A stretch of 64,000 nucleotides of DNA from Candidatus Versatilivorator sp. (GTDB lineage: Bacteria; Acidobacteriota; Terriglobia; Versatilivoradales; Versatilivoraceae): the NCBI GenBank assembly GCA_965207735.1, contig OZ242296.1:3616001-3680000 (forward strand). Direction: 5' to 3'. The translations under genes were made by a program, and so were the position numbers. Below the pieces are notes generated by a model. It did not search any database and was not told the origin of the DNA. It saw only the letters and a list, made by a program, of their open reading frames with translations. This document shows, piece by piece, positions 18,182-28,712 of this stretch; positions within the stretch are counted from its first letter, which is position 1, and each line of letters opens with the position of its first letter.

Positions 18182-18432
18182 CTAGCCCGCATTTCTCACC
18201 AGGGGGCATGATCATGGCGCAGGATTTTTCCCTTCAGGGCGTGCTCGCGACCGAAGAGCGTAGCGGTCACTACGCGCGAGGGAGCATGTGCGCGCTGAAG
18301 GGAAAAAGACAAGCCAAGGCATGCCCAGCGCCGTCTGTTACCCGCAAGCCCTTCCCATGGAGCCAATCAACGTACTGAAGATAAACTACTTCTCGTCATG
18401 GCACCAGCGACCTGGTGAGAAATGCGGGCTAG
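18182..18432. mobile_element. MITE with perfect 18-bp TIR (CCCGCATTTCTCACCAGG) flanked by CTAG on both sides
   Basis: CTAG-CCCGCATTTCTCACCAGG ... CCTGGTGAGAAATGCGGG-CTAG; internal stem TTTTTCCCTTCAG/CTGAAGGGAAAAA; no credible coding capacity. Confidence 0.88.
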
Positions 18433-19010
18433 GGGGACAGGGCAATGTCATCTTCGTTCCCCCGGATGCCGTCGGCGCCCGGGGACAGGATCCGCAGACC
18501 CTTCGGACCGGTACGCTGCAGAACGAGGGGGCGTCCCCAGGCGTCGAAGCGAATCGAAGTAGCCATGTGCCGGGGGAACAGCAGATCGATCAGCCCGGAC
18601 AGGTCTCGGGCCCGGGGATACTCCCCATGGGTTTTCTTATACTCCCTGATTCCATCCGCCAGCTTGCTCAGGTCCTGACGGGTCTGTCGGTTTCTGGTCG
18701 TGTCCAGGGCCTGACGCAAGGTGTCGATCCGAACCCAGTTCCCGTCCGACAACCGAACCGCTTCCACCTCCCACTTCCCCCGTGAATTCCGGGAGAGCTG
18801 AAAAACCATCTTCAAGTTGGCTTCGGCAATCGCTTGATTGGTTCCGGGCTGCGAGACTTTTCGGATTTCCAGAGATTTGTCCTCGATTTCCAGCAGCCCC
18901 AGCTTCAGGATTCTCTTTCGGGCGGTCTCGTGGCTGAGCTTGCGGGAGGAGGCACAACCCACAATGCAGCAAACGAGCGCCAGCAACGCAAAGATCCTTA
19001 ACCCGTTCAT
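18429..19010 (-). CDS. Lipoprotein with C-terminal GspG/T2SSG-like domain
   Basis: Lipobox IVGC; DAWGRP...ILSPGADG..GNEDDI motif of the pseudopilin globular domain. Confidence 0.65.
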   Translation of the reverse strand: MNGLRIFALLALVCCIVGCASSRKLSHETARKRILKLGLLEIEDKSLEIRKVSQPGTNQAIAEANLKMVFQLSRNSRGKWEVEAVRLSDGNWVRIDTLRQALDTTRNRQTRQDLSKLADGIREYKKTHGEYPRARDLSGLIDLLFPRHMATSIRFDAWGRPLVLQRTGPKGLRILSPGADGIRGNEDDIALSP

Positions 19011-19035
19011 GGGAAAATCATCCTATCCTGGATTC

Positions 19036-19524
19036 TCAGGGCGTGCCGGCTCTGAGGAGCTGGACGTTGACGGCGCTGTTGACCTGCTGCGAGACCTGCA
19101 GGGCCTCCTGAACCACGGGGCGGCAATTCTGGGGGACCTTTTCAATCGTCTGGATCAGGGAGGCGTTGATCTTCTGGGTGGATTTCAAGAGCGCCTTCAG
19201 GAGTTTCTGACCCTTTTTCTGGTCGGGATCTTCCTTTGCAGCCAGGTCATCGGCTCGGCTCAGGGCCAGGGCGTACCCGGTCAGGTACATCCGAGCCTGG
19301 TCCTGATCGCATTTCCGAACCAGGATTCGGAACTGCTTGAGCCGGTCAAAGGTGATGTCCAGGTATACGCTCAGCTGCTTTCGCGGGGTATTGGCCTTCC
19401 GCAGGGCTTCCTCCTCCGTTGAGGAGAACTTGTCGGGGGAGAAAGCATCCTCGGAGGCCCAGGAATGGTGAGCCAAGCCGAAAGTTACCGCCAATATGCC
19501 GAGGGCAACCAGCCCGCGGACCAA
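19036..19524 (-). CDS. Hypothetical secreted helical protein
   Basis: Signal peptide; colinear between gltA and the GspG-like gene. Confidence 0.6.
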   Translation of the reverse strand: MVRGLVALGILAVTFGLAHHSWASEDAFSPDKFSSTEEEALRKANTPRKQLSVYLDITFDRLKQFRILVRKCDQDQARMYLTGYALALSRADDLAAKEDPDQKKGQKLLKALLKSTQKINASLIQTIEKVPQNCRPVVQEALQVSQQVNSAVNVQLLRAGTP

Positions 19525-19561
19525 AGGGGCGCGGAATGGAACAATTGGCGGCAGCAGGGGA

Positions 19562-20686
19562 TTACCTCTCGTTCATGGGAATATAGGGCGCTGGATGAGA
19601 GGGGCCGGTGTATTCGGCTCTGGGCCGAATGAGGCGGTTGTTGTCCAGTTGCTCGAGAACGTGCGCTGTCCAGCCGGAGATGCGGCTGACCGCGAATAGC
19701 GGGGTGAACAGGTCGACCGGGATCCCGAGGTTGTAGTAGACCGTGGCCGAATAGAAATCGACGTTGGCGTTGATATTCTTTTCCCGTTTCACCACTTCTT
19801 CGATCACCCGGGAGGTTTCGAACCACTTGCGGGTGCCGGAACTCTCGGAAAGGTCGCGTGACATGCGGCGCAGATGGGTGGCTCGCGGGTCCTCGGTTCG
19901 ATAAACCCGGTGTCCGAAGCCGCTGATCTTCCGCTTTCTGGCCAAAGCTTCCTTGACATAGGTTTCGGCCCGCTCCGTCTCGCCAATGTCGATCAGCATG
20001 CGCATGACATCCTGGTTGGCCCCGCCGTGCAGGGGGCCTTTCAAGGTTCCGATGGCCGAGGTAATGGCGGAATGGACGTCCGTCAAGGTGGCCACGGTCA
20101 CGCGGGCCGCAAAGGTCGAGGCGTTGAACTCATGGTCGGCGTGCAGGATGAGCGCCACGTCCAGGGCCCGTTCGGCGGTCGCATCGGGCTTTTTCCCGGT
20201 CAACATGTAGACGAAATTGGCGGCATGGGAAAGCCCGGAGTCGGGGCTGACCGGTTCCTGGCCGTTGCGGATGCGGTCGGCCGTGGCCACGATGGTAGCG
20301 ATCTGGCCGGTCAGACGATAGGTCTTGCGCAGGTTGGCCGGTTTGTCGTTGGCGGCGGCGTCGGGGTCGTAATGGGACAGGGCCGAAACAGCCGTGCGCA
20401 GGACATCCATGGGGGGAGCGTCCGGGGGCAAGCTCTTCAGCAACTGAAACACCGGCTCCGGCAGGGCCCGGCTCCGACCCATGACCGCTGTCATTTCGTC
20501 CAGTTCCGCCTGCTGGGGGAGGCGGCCGAACCACAACAGGAAGCAGACTTCCTCAAAGGTCGAATGTTCCGCCAGATCGTGGATGTCTATGCCTCGATAA
20601 GACAGAATCCCCTTCTGTCCGTCGATGTAGCATATGGATGAGGTCGCCGCCACTACATCCTGCAAGCCTTCCTTAAACCTGGACAT
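19562..20686 (-). CDS. gltA: Citrate synthase (short, CitZ/PrpC-type)
   Basis: LHADHEFNAST, GPLHGGAN, GFGHRVY..DPR, NVDFY, SRISGW.AH. Confidence 0.95.
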   Translation of the reverse strand: MSRFKEGLQDVVAATSSICYIDGQKGILSYRGIDIHDLAEHSTFEEVCFLLWFGRLPQQAELDEMTAVMGRSRALPEPVFQLLKSLPPDAPPMDVLRTAVSALSHYDPDAAANDKPANLRKTYRLTGQIATIVATADRIRNGQEPVSPDSGLSHAANFVYMLTGKKPDATAERALDVALILHADHEFNASTFAARVTVATLTDVHSAITSAIGTLKGPLHGGANQDVMRMLIDIGETERAETYVKEALARKRKISGFGHRVYRTEDPRATHLRRMSRDLSESSGTRKWFETSRVIEEVVKREKNINANVDFYSATVYYNLGIPVDLFTPLFAVSRISGWTAHVLEQLDNNRLIRPRAEYTGPSHPAPYIPMNER

Positions 20687-20877
20687 TCACCACTCCTTCT
20701 CCACCCCTCAAGTAACCGTGCGATGTGTTTCCTGCGAGAAAACCGGCGGGGCCAGCCTGAAACGGGACACGCGGTCTGTTAGCGAGGCCGGAATTCTAAA
20801 CCAAAGCCCGCGGTTGTGGGAAGGAAATTCGTGAGCGGCAGGTGGCTTCCGGCATAAGCGCAGTCCATGGCTAGCCC

Positions 20878-21411
20878 TCAAAACCACCAGGCTTTCAAGA
20901 GGAGCAGGGCCAGGGCGGCGGTGAATCCCAGCACAGCCCGATATTCGCGGTTGCGGCGGTAGTGTTGCAGGCTGAAAGGGGCCGGGCCGCTGCTGTCCGG
21001 CCAGCGGGTGGGGAGAAAGAAGGGGACGGTCTTCCGGTAGTCGGGATAGCGCAGGGGGAAAAGTTGTCTCAGGCGCTCTTCCTCGGCCCGCATGGCCGGT
21101 CCGTACAAGAGGAAAAAGCAGGTCAGAAACAGGGCCAGGATGAGCAGACTGCGCCCGGCCAGGCTGAATCCCAGCCCGATCACGAAGCTTCCCAGGTAGA
21201 GAGGATGGCGGGTGAAGGCGTAGGGCCCGGAGACGGCCAGTTGGTCGTTCTTGCGGACGTGGCCGGCGGCCCATCCCCGAAAGAGCATTCCCAGGAAGGC
21301 CAGAGCGATTCCCGCCGGCCAGAGAGGCCAGGTGGGGTGGGCCAGCAAGAAAAAGAGGACGGCCAGGAGAAAGCCGGCGGGGACGCGGAGGCGGGTGAGG
21401 ATAGGCAGCAT
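20878..21411 (-). CDS. Isoprenylcysteine carboxyl methyltransferase / PEMT-family membrane protein
   Basis: RGWAAGH..K..L..SGPYA.TRHPLYLG, EE..L..LF..Y..Y...VP. Confidence 0.85.
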   Translation of the reverse strand: MLPILTRLRVPAGFLLAVLFFLLAHPTWPLWPAGIALAFLGMLFRGWAAGHVRKNDQLAVSGPYAFTRHPLYLGSFVIGLGFSLAGRSLLILALFLTCFFLLYGPAMRAEEERLRQLFPLRYPDYRKTVPFFLPTRWPDSSGPAPFSLQHYRRNREYRAVLGFTAALALLLLKAWWF

Positions 21412-21424
21412 GAGGCGTTTGGGC

Positions 21425-22495
21425 TCAGTCGGCCCGGAGTGGAAGCGCAGCCTGGGAACGGGGTCGTTCCAGCCGCCTCACCACCGCATCGAACACTTGG
21501 TCCACCGTGACCAGGGTCATGCACTGGCAGCGGTACTTCCAGCAGGTCCTCTTGTAGCAGGGCCCGCAGGGAACCGGGTGGAACACCGCCAGGTCCTCCG
21601 GATGGGGGGACCCGTTCCTTCCGGGGTCGGTCGGACCGAAGATCGCCACCACCGGCGTGCGGCAAGCCGCGGCCAGGTGCAGCGGTCCGGTGTCTCCACC
21701 CACGAACAGGCGGGCTCTCCGGGCCAGGGCGATGAACTGGGGCAGGGTGGTCGAAAAGGTCGGTGGCGGGTCGCCCGGACAGGCCGCCGTCACTTCCCGT
21801 ACCAGGTCCTCTTCTCCCGGTCCCCAGGTCAGCACCGTCTTCAGACCCAGCTCCCGCCTGATTCGATGGTGGAGAAGGCCATAGTTGGAGGGAGACCAGT
21901 TCTTGGTCACCCAGCCGCCGCCGGGGTTGAGGATGATGAACTCCTCCAGGCGGCGTTGGGCCAACTGGGTTTCGATGTAGGCCCGGTCCGACTCTTCCAC
22001 TCCCAGTTTGAACCCCCCTTGGCCGCGGGTGGCACCCTGGCTGCCCGCCAGCGCGCGATGCAGTTCACTGACGTGGGGGGTCGCGGGGTGCGGTGACACC
22101 CGTTTGCCATAGAGGATGCGGCAACCGGGTTCCTTCAGGTAGGGCTTGTCGAACCCGACCAGCAACCGGGAGCGGGAAAAGAGGCCGAAGGCCGCCGACT
22201 TCCACAGTCCCTGGAAGTCAAAGGCCACCTCGTACCGCTGCCGCCGCAGTTGGCTCAAACAACGGAAAATCTCGCGCCAGGTGCCGGGACGCCACAGCGC
22301 TCGCCTCCACCCGCGGGTATCGAGTTCAATCACCCGGTCGAGCCAGGGATGGTTCTTCAGCAGGACACCGGCCTGCCTCTCGACCAGCCAGTCGATCCGG
22401 GCTCGGGGGAAGGAGGTCCTCAAATCCGCCAGAGCGGGAAGCGTGTGGACCACGTCTCCGATCGAACCCAGCTTGATGATCAGGATCCGATTCAT
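21425..22495 (-). CDS. waaC: LPS heptosyltransferase I (GT9)
   Basis: [37 protein letters not shown]. Confidence 0.85.
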   Translation of the reverse strand: MNRILIIKLGSIGDVVHTLPALADLRTSFPRARIDWLVERQAGVLLKNHPWLDRVIELDTRGWRRALWRPGTWREIFRCLSQLRRQRYEVAFDFQGLWKSAAFGLFSRSRLLVGFDKPYLKEPGCRILYGKRVSPHPATPHVSELHRALAGSQGATRGQGGFKLGVEESDRAYIETQLAQRRLEEFIILNPGGGWVTKNWSPSNYGLLHHRIRRELGLKTVLTWGPGEEDLVREVTAACPGDPPPTFSTTLPQFIALARRARLFVGGDTGPLHLAAACRTPVVAIFGPTDPGRNGSPHPEDLAVFHPVPCGPCYKRTCWKYRCQCMTLVTVDQVFDAVVRRLERPRSQAALPLRAD

Positions 22496-23004
22496 CGGTC
22501 CTTCTTCCCGGTGGAGGGAGGCGGCCCCTGGGGCTGCATCAGTCCCTTCAGCAGGCCGCGGGTGGAATGGTCCTTGGGGTCTCCGGCAATAGCGATCCGT
22601 CCCCCGTAGGAGAGCACCACCTCTCTCTCGGGAACCGTCTGCTCGCTGTAGTCGGTTCCCTTGCAGTGTATGTGGGGCTGCAGCCTGCGAAGTACCCGTT
22701 CCACGTTCAATTCCTCAAAGACCAGCACGTAGTCTACGCAGGACAGGGCGGCCAGGATTTCCGCCCGTTCCTGTTCGGGCATCAGGGGGCGGGGAGGCCC
22801 CTTGAGCGCGCGCACGGAGGCGTCCCCATTGAGGGCCACCACCAGGCAGTCCCCCAACTGCCGCGCCTCCTGCAGGTAGCGGACGTGGCCCACATGGAGC
22901 CAGTCGAAGCATCCGTTGGCCAGCACTACCTGGCGGCCACGCTCCTTCAGGTCTGTCACCAGAGGCTGCAAGGCCTCCAGGGAGAGGATCTTGGCGCTAT
23001 CCAT
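22492..23004 (-). CDS. rfaE2: D-glycero-beta-D-manno-heptose 1-phosphate adenylyltransferase (HldC/RfaE domain II)
   Basis: [30 protein letters not shown]. Confidence 0.9.
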   Translation of the reverse strand: MDSAKILSLEALQPLVTDLKERGRQVVLANGCFDWLHVGHVRYLQEARQLGDCLVVALNGDASVRALKGPPRPLMPEQERAEILAALSCVDYVLVFEELNVERVLRRLQPHIHCKGTDYSEQTVPEREVVLSYGGRIAIAGDPKDHSTRGLLKGLMQPQGPPPSTGKKDR

Positions 23005-24013
23005 GAGAAGCTCGGTCCCGGGCCACCGCCTCCTTGAGCTCCTGGCGGGTCACCGTAGCGGTGCCGTGCTTCATCACCACCAGTCCGCCGGCGTAGTTGG
23101 AGAGCCGGGCCGCCTCCTCGAAGCTGGCTCCCACGGCCAGGGCCAGGGTAAAGACGGCAATGACGGTATCGCCGGCGCCGGTGACGTCCGCAACCTGGTC
23201 GCTCCCGAAAATGGGAATGGAAAAGGAGGGCTTGTGGGGAGTGAAGAGCACCATGCCGTCCCGCCCGCGGGTGATGAGGACCGCCTCCGAATTCAGCTTC
23301 CTCAACAGGCGCCTGCCCGCCTTTTCGAGCCTGGCCTTGTCGTTTCCGATCTCGTACCCTAACAGGGCCTCCACCTCGGGCTCATTGGGGGTGGAGGCGG
23401 TCAGCCCGGGAAACTGCAGCAGTTGGTACCTGGAATCCACCGTGATGGGGAACTCCTCTCGCATCCGGGCCAGGCGGGCCACCAGCGCGGGGCTCACGTA
23501 ACCCAGCCCGTAGTCGGAGATGATGAGGCCTTGGCAGGAAGCCAACAGAGGCGCCAGGCGGGTCCAGACCGTCTGTTCGGTCTCCGGGGTGTGTCGAAAG
23601 CGGCCCTCGCGGTCCAGCCGCAGGACCTGATGCCGGGTGGAGTGGGCCGAGCCGGCCACGAAGCGGGTCTTGACGGGAGTCGGGTAGTCCCTGTCCCTTT
23701 CGATCGTGGGAATGGAGAGCTCTGTGCCTTGGAGTTGCCGGTGGAGTTCCTCTCCGGCGGCATCCCGGCCCAGGATTCCAACCGGGACGGGGTGGGCCTC
23801 CAGCGCCGTCAGATTGTTGATGGCGTTGCCCGCGCCCCCGGGAAGAATGCGCGACTCCTTGTGCTTGAGGATGAGCACCGGAGCCTCCCGCGAAATCCGC
23901 GAGAACTCTCCGAACACGAACTCGTCCGCCACCAAGTCGCCGTAAACGACAAGGGGACAGCCGGGGAAGCTGTCGATGATCTCCGCGTAGCGGCGGGCGT
24001 CAGGGGCAGTCAT
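22997..24013 (-). CDS. rfaE1: D-glycero-beta-D-manno-heptose-7-phosphate kinase (HldA/RfaE domain I)
   Basis: GD...DEF..G...[31 protein letters not shown]. Confidence 0.9.
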   Translation of the reverse strand: MTAPDARRYAEIIDSFPGCPLVVYGDLVADEFVFGEFSRISREAPVLILKHKESRILPGGAGNAINNLTALEAHPVPVGILGRDAAGEELHRQLQGTELSIPTIERDRDYPTPVKTRFVAGSAHSTRHQVLRLDREGRFRHTPETEQTVWTRLAPLLASCQGLIISDYGLGYVSPALVARLARMREEFPITVDSRYQLLQFPGLTASTPNEPEVEALLGYEIGNDKARLEKAGRRLLRKLNSEAVLITRGRDGMVLFTPHKPSFSIPIFGSDQVADVTGAGDTVIAVFTLALAVGASFEEAARLSNYAGGLVVMKHGTATVTRQELKEAVARDRASHG

Positions 24014-24582
24014 ACCGTCTCCAGCACGACGCGGCTGGCCTCCAGCAGATTCTCCACCACCCACTCCGGCTGAACTTTCCACTGGTTCCTCTGGTGTTCG
24101 TAGGCCCCTCGGCCGTATCCCGAAAGGACAAAGACGGATCGGGCGCCGGCGTTGTGCGCCAGCTCGATATCGCTGTAGCGGTCTCCGATCACGAAGGATT
24201 TGCCGACGTCGACGCCGAATTCCTCGACCGCCCGCCACAACATGCCCGGCTTGGGTTTGCGGCACTGGCACACCTGGCGATAGGGAGGTTCGCCGGCCGT
24301 GGGATGATGGGGACAGTAGTAGACAGCGTCGAAATAGGCTCCGGCGTGCTCCATTTCCCTGCGAAGCCTGGTGTGGATCTGATTAACCAGATCTTCGCTG
24401 AAGTAACCCCGGGCCACCCCGGCCTGGTTGGTCACCACGATGGATTTCAACCCCCGCCGATTGAGCCCGCGAATGGCCTCGGCAGTCCAGGAGTAGACCT
24501 GAAAGCGGGAGAGATGGTTCACGTATCCGACCTCTTCGCTGATGGTGCCGTCTCGATCGATAAAGGCCGCAATTTCAGCCAT
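24010..24582 (-). CDS. gmhB: D-glycero-D-manno-heptose 1,7-bisphosphate phosphatase
   Basis: FIDRDGT, VTNQAGVARG, CPHHP, CRKPKPGM, IGDR.SD. Confidence 0.92.
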   Translation of the reverse strand: MAEIAAFIDRDGTISEEVGYVNHLSRFQVYSWTAEAIRGLNRRGLKSIVVTNQAGVARGYFSEDLVNQIHTRLRREMEHAGAYFDAVYYCPHHPTAGEPPYRQVCQCRKPKPGMLWRAVEEFGVDVGKSFVIGDRYSDIELAHNAGARSVFVLSGYGRGAYEHQRNQWKVQPEWVVENLLEASRVVLETV

Positions 24583-24742
24583 GGGCGAGATGTCTAGCTA
24601 GAGCAGGGCAATCGAAGTGGAGATCAGTTGAGGCTCGCGGGGAGATCGTTGGCGGGGTTGCCGTTCCCCTGAGCCCGCGGGAGGGGCGAGCATGGCCCCC
24701 AGGGTTGACGGAAACGGCCGTTCCTCCGAGCAACGGCGTCCC

Positions 24743-25825
24743 TCAGCCACCTGCCCGGAGCATCCGCACTGCCTCCTGGAAGACTTCGTCAACCGTGATC
24801 CGGGTCATGCAGCGGTGATCGATAGGACATTCTCGCAGAAGGCACGGACTGCATTCAACGTTTTTGTTCAGGACCACGGCGGCGGGGCCGAGGGGCCCGG
24901 TGGCGACTTGGTCGGTGGAGCCGAACAGCGCCAGGGTGGGGATTCCCAGCGCGGCCGCCAGGTGCATGGGCCCCGAATCATTGGTAATGAAGAGGTCGCA
25001 GCAGGCAATCATGGCGATCAGCTCCGAGAGGCGTGTTCTGCCCGAAAGAACCAGCGGGCGAGCGGCCATGTGCCCGCAAATGGACTCAGCGATGGGTCGC
25101 TCCTGCCGGGAACCGAACAGGATCGCTTCCACTTCTTGGGTGCGGATCAACCGATCCAGGACCTGGGCGTAACGGTCTCCCATCCAGCGCTTGGCCGAAC
25201 CGAAGGCGGCGCCCGGGTGAACGCCGACCACCTTGCCTTGAAATCGAACGCCCTCCTGTTCCAGTCGCTGCCTGGCAAGAGCGCGGGCCTCGGGCTGCAG
25301 CGGCAGCACCGGCGTCGTCTTCTCATGGCCCGGCGAGCGGGCGTCAAGGACTCTCTCCCGGCCCGCCAGCCGTTCCACCAGGTCGAGGTAGTAGCAGGTC
25401 TGATGTCTCGCCTTCAGTCGTGGATCGATCGAAACGGCATGGGTCAGGAGCCAACCGCGCCCATCCCTGCGGTAGCCGGCTCTCAGGGGAATGCGGGCCA
25501 GCCGGGTCAGGAAAGCGGCCTCGAAGGCATTCTGCAGGAGCAGAGCGGCATCGAAGCCGCCTCGGGCGAGCTTCCGAACCAACCGGAGCCGCCCCGCCGT
25601 CCCCGCATGCCGGCCGTCGCGATCGTAGAGCCAGACGGTGTCCACCCAGGGGCTGCCCTGGTAGATATCGCTGACCCAGGGCAGCACCAGCAAGGTGATG
25701 TGAGCCCGGGGAAGGAGCCGCCGGACCTCTCGTAGCGCGGGGATGGCCATCACCGAGTCCCCCACCCAGTTGGTTCCCCGAATTAGCAGCCGTCGGATGT
25801 GGTCGCCTTCCAGAAATGTCTTCAC
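24743..25825 (-). CDS. waaF: LPS heptosyltransferase II
   Basis: NWVGDSVM, PGAAFGSAKRW, NDSGPMH.AAA, CSPC..RECP..H.CM; GTGA overlap with lpxK. Confidence 0.9.
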   Translation of the reverse strand: MKTFLEGDHIRRLLIRGTNWVGDSVMAIPALREVRRLLPRAHITLLVLPWVSDIYQGSPWVDTVWLYDRDGRHAGTAGRLRLVRKLARGGFDAALLLQNAFEAAFLTRLARIPLRAGYRRDGRGWLLTHAVSIDPRLKARHQTCYYLDLVERLAGRERVLDARSPGHEKTTPVLPLQPEARALARQRLEQEGVRFQGKVVGVHPGAAFGSAKRWMGDRYAQVLDRLIRTQEVEAILFGSRQERPIAESICGHMAARPLVLSGRTRLSELIAMIACCDLFITNDSGPMHLAAALGIPTLALFGSTDQVATGPLGPAAVVLNKNVECSPCLLRECPIDHRCMTRITVDEVFQEAVRMLRAGG

Positions 25826-26865
25826 CGGAATTTTTTCCCCAACGTTTGCATCAGCAAATCCCGCAGGCCGTCTCCCACGAACTCGAACGAGACCCGGGCG
25901 ATCAGTACCCGAAGCGCCGGTGGATGCAGGGAAGCGGGCGGTAGATTCTCGGCGTCCTTTTCGGTGGTGATGGCCGCCTCTACCCGCAACTCCCGGCAGC
26001 GGGCTCCAATGGCGCTCAACTCCCCGGTGGAATAGCGATGGTGATCGCCGAAAGGAAGGGCTTGTACCAGTTCCACCCCGTGGCGTCTCAAAGAGTCGAA
26101 AAACTGCTGCGGGTTGGCAAGCCCGGCGAAGGCCAGGGCTCGACATCCTGCCAGCGGCGCCTCCACTCTTTCTCCCCGGGCCGTCCTGCAGGCGACCGGC
26201 TCCAGGATCTGGGTCGAGCGGAAGCAGGGCAGATCCGGGTTGAAGCGCCGGAGTTCATGGGTCAGCGGGTCATAGTCCTGTCCGGTGCGCGTGCGGGTCA
26301 GGATGACGGCGTCGGCCCTGCCGAGGGCTTCCGGGGGCTCCCGCAGCTGACCCGAGGGGACTATTCGCCCCCCTCCGAAGGGGTTGGTCACGTCCACCAG
26401 GACCAGGTCCAGACAGCGATGGAGTTGCCGGTGCTGGAAACCGTCGTCCAGCAAATGCAGGTCGGCGGCGTCCCGACCTTCAATCCAGCGGCCGGCCCCG
26501 GCACGGTTCTTGCCTACGGTGACCATTGCACCGGGAAGGTTCCTGGCAATGACCAGGGCTTCGTCACCCGCGAGATCGGATTGGCTCCGGATGCGTCGAC
26601 CGTCGGAGACCGGCAGCGGTCCTCCCCGGTGGCGTCCCTTGTAGCCCCGCAGCAACACCGACACCGAGTAGCCTGCGCCTTGAAGCATTTTGCCCAATGC
26701 GATGACGGTTGGAGTCTTGCCGGTGCCTCCCAGGGTCAGGTTGCCGACGCTGATCACCGGCCGGGCGAGGTGTTGGACCTTGAACCAGCCGGCATCGTAA
26801 CCTCGGTTGCGGAGGTGGACAACCTGCTCATAGGCGGTGGAGACCAACTGCGATGCCGTGATCAT
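25822..26865 (-). CDS. lpxK: Tetraacyldisaccharide 4'-kinase
   Basis: SVGNLTLGGTGKTP, RGY, GDE, LDDGFQH, P.G.LRE, TTEKD. Confidence 0.95.
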   Translation of the reverse strand: MITASQLVSTAYEQVVHLRNRGYDAGWFKVQHLARPVISVGNLTLGGTGKTPTVIALGKMLQGAGYSVSVLLRGYKGRHRGGPLPVSDGRRIRSQSDLAGDEALVIARNLPGAMVTVGKNRAGAGRWIEGRDAADLHLLDDGFQHRQLHRCLDLVLVDVTNPFGGGRIVPSGQLREPPEALGRADAVILTRTRTGQDYDPLTHELRRFNPDLPCFRSTQILEPVACRTARGERVEAPLAGCRALAFAGLANPQQFFDSLRRHGVELVQALPFGDHHRYSTGELSAIGARCRELRVEAAITTEKDAENLPPASLHPPALRVLIARVSFEFVGDGLRDLLMQTLGKKFR

Positions 26866-26940
26866 CCCTTGAGATCCCCGGCCGGGAGCCCCCGGCCGGA
26901 GCCGTTTGCCCACCGGCATGTGCACTGATCCTTGCCGGGC

Positions 26941-28245
26941 TCAGCCGGGGGGCAGGCACTTGGCGATCCGATCCAGGATTCTGGCTCCGGCCCCTTGATG
27001 GGTCCGGATAATTCGGTAGCCGTTGCCGCCCAGGCGCCTGCGGGAGCCGGCGTCCCGAAAGAGCTCGATGAATCGCGCTCCCAGCTCGACTTCATTCTGA
27101 ACCATTATGCCGGCCTCGGCCTGAATAAAGTGTAGGGCCATCTCACGAAAATTGTTCATATGGGGGCCGAACAGCACCGGCTTCCTGAACAGGGCCGGCT
27201 CCAGCAGGTTATGTCCGCCCCATGGGATCAGGCTTCCTCCCACGAAGACCAGATCGGCCAGGGCGTAAAGCACCGGCAGTTCTCCCAGGGTGTCCAGCAA
27301 GATGACTTCGGCGGGCGGGTTCTCGCCTGCGGGTATTACATTGTTGGACAACTCTGATCGCTTGACGAAGTCAAAGGATTGGGAGGTCAACAACTGCGCC
27401 ACTTCCGCGCAGCGGCCGGGGTGCCTGGGAGCCAGCAGCAGTCGGGCCTGGGGACACTCCTGCTGGAGCGCCCGGAAGGCATTCAGAACGGGCCTCTCCT
27501 CGTTGCTGCGGGTGCTGCCGGCGACCACCAGGAAGGGCGTGGAGGAGAGTCGCATCAGGGCGCGAAATTGAGCCAGCCTGGACTGAAGCCGGCCTGGCGG
27601 TTCGATGTCGTATTTCAGGTTGCCGCACACCTCCACCCTGTCGGGAGGCGCTCCCAGGGAGACAATCCGTTCCCGATCCACCGGGTCCTGCATGCAGCAG
27701 CAGTCGAACAGGCTCACCGACCGCCGCAGCCACCGGCGGAAGCGGTGGTACTTTCTGAAGGAGCGGTCGGAGATTCGTCCGTTGGCCAGGCAGACCGGGA
27801 TCCCCCGCTGGCGGCATTCATGAAGGAAATTGGGCCAGATCTCCGTTTCCAGGACCAGGACCAGCCCGGGTCGCACCCGGTTGAGGCTGCGCCGCACGGC
27901 GAACTTCCAGTCCAGGGGGAAGTAGAAAACGCCCGCCAGCCCCTGCCGGTTCATGCGGGCCAGTTCCTGACCGGTCCTTGAGGTGGTCGAGAGGAACAAG
28001 GGGCGCCCGGGCCATCGTCGGCGAATCTGCCTGATCAGGGGCAGCACCGACAGCACCTCGCCTACCGAGACGGCGTGGACCCAGATGCCGCCTGCCGGAC
28101 CTGTTCCGATCTCCCGGGGGAGGATGCCCAGGCGCTCGGGAAAGCTGGAGAGATACTTGCGATGCCTGAGGGCTTGAATCAGAAAGTAGGGCAGCGCCAG
28201 AAGGAAGGCCAGCGTGAAGCCCAGGCTGTAGAGTCGCCGAATCAA
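26941..28245 (-). CDS. waaA: 3-deoxy-D-manno-octulosonic acid transferase
   Basis: WVHAVSVGE, ETEIWPN, NGRISDRS, GNLKYD, APRHP.R, GGS...GGHN.LEPA. Confidence 0.96.
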   Translation of the reverse strand: MIRRLYSLGFTLAFLLALPYFLIQALRHRKYLSSFPERLGILPREIGTGPAGGIWVHAVSVGEVLSVLPLIRQIRRRWPGRPLFLSTTSRTGQELARMNRQGLAGVFYFPLDWKFAVRRSLNRVRPGLVLVLETEIWPNFLHECRQRGIPVCLANGRISDRSFRKYHRFRRWLRRSVSLFDCCCMQDPVDRERIVSLGAPPDRVEVCGNLKYDIEPPGRLQSRLAQFRALMRLSSTPFLVVAGSTRSNEERPVLNAFRALQQECPQARLLLAPRHPGRCAEVAQLLTSQSFDFVKRSELSNNVIPAGENPPAEVILLDTLGELPVLYALADLVFVGGSLIPWGGHNLLEPALFRKPVLFGPHMNNFREMALHFIQAEAGIMVQNEVELGARFIELFRDAGSRRRLGGNGYRIIRTHQGAGARILDRIAKCLPPG

Positions 28246-28535
28246 GGCCTGCCCATTCTGCCGTCGACCAAGAGCCCGTACTTCTCACCGGGTCGCCGGA
28301 TGCATGAGAGAAGAGGGTTTATTGCCAGCAACCTGTCGGTCCGATTGTGATGTCTTGCGGTTGCCGAGGTCAAGAACGGCTGGATGGGAGCGTCCGGCGC
28401 CCGAGGCCGGCGTGCGCCCCCCACCGCAACCGACGCACGCCGGTGGTTACCGCTACGGCGCACAAGATCTCGCCCTTGGCTCGCCTTGTGCGAACCCCCC
28501 ACCGCATCAGCCTTCGCCATTCGGCTCGACTTCTG

Positions 28536-28688
28536 CGACTCCCCCTCAAGGGGGGAGTGATATCCGTGTTATGAAGAGGGAACGGAGTTTATGCGGTAGA
28601 CCGGGAACATGGTTTACATCCTGCCCAGGAATGGGGCAAGGCGCCTGATGCAAGCCTCAAGTATCACTCCCCCCTTGAGGGGGAGTCG
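28536..28688. repeat. Pair of perfect 27-bp inverted hairpin repeats (CGACTCCCCCTCAAGGGGGGAGTGATA), REP-like
   Basis: 28536-28562 is the exact reverse complement of 28662-28688; each copy is itself a stem-loop. Confidence 0.85.
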
Positions 28689-28712
28689 GAGAGACAAGGG
28701 CGCCAGCCCGCA

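Noticed and set aside
18288-18785. 165-aa ORF starting inside the MITE as a transposase
   Set aside because: No DDE-like features; mostly antisense to the GspG-like gene
24014-24271. N-terminal extension of the heptose kinase, or fused HldE
   Set aside because: It overlaps gmhB; kinase and adenylyltransferase are separate overlapping ORFs
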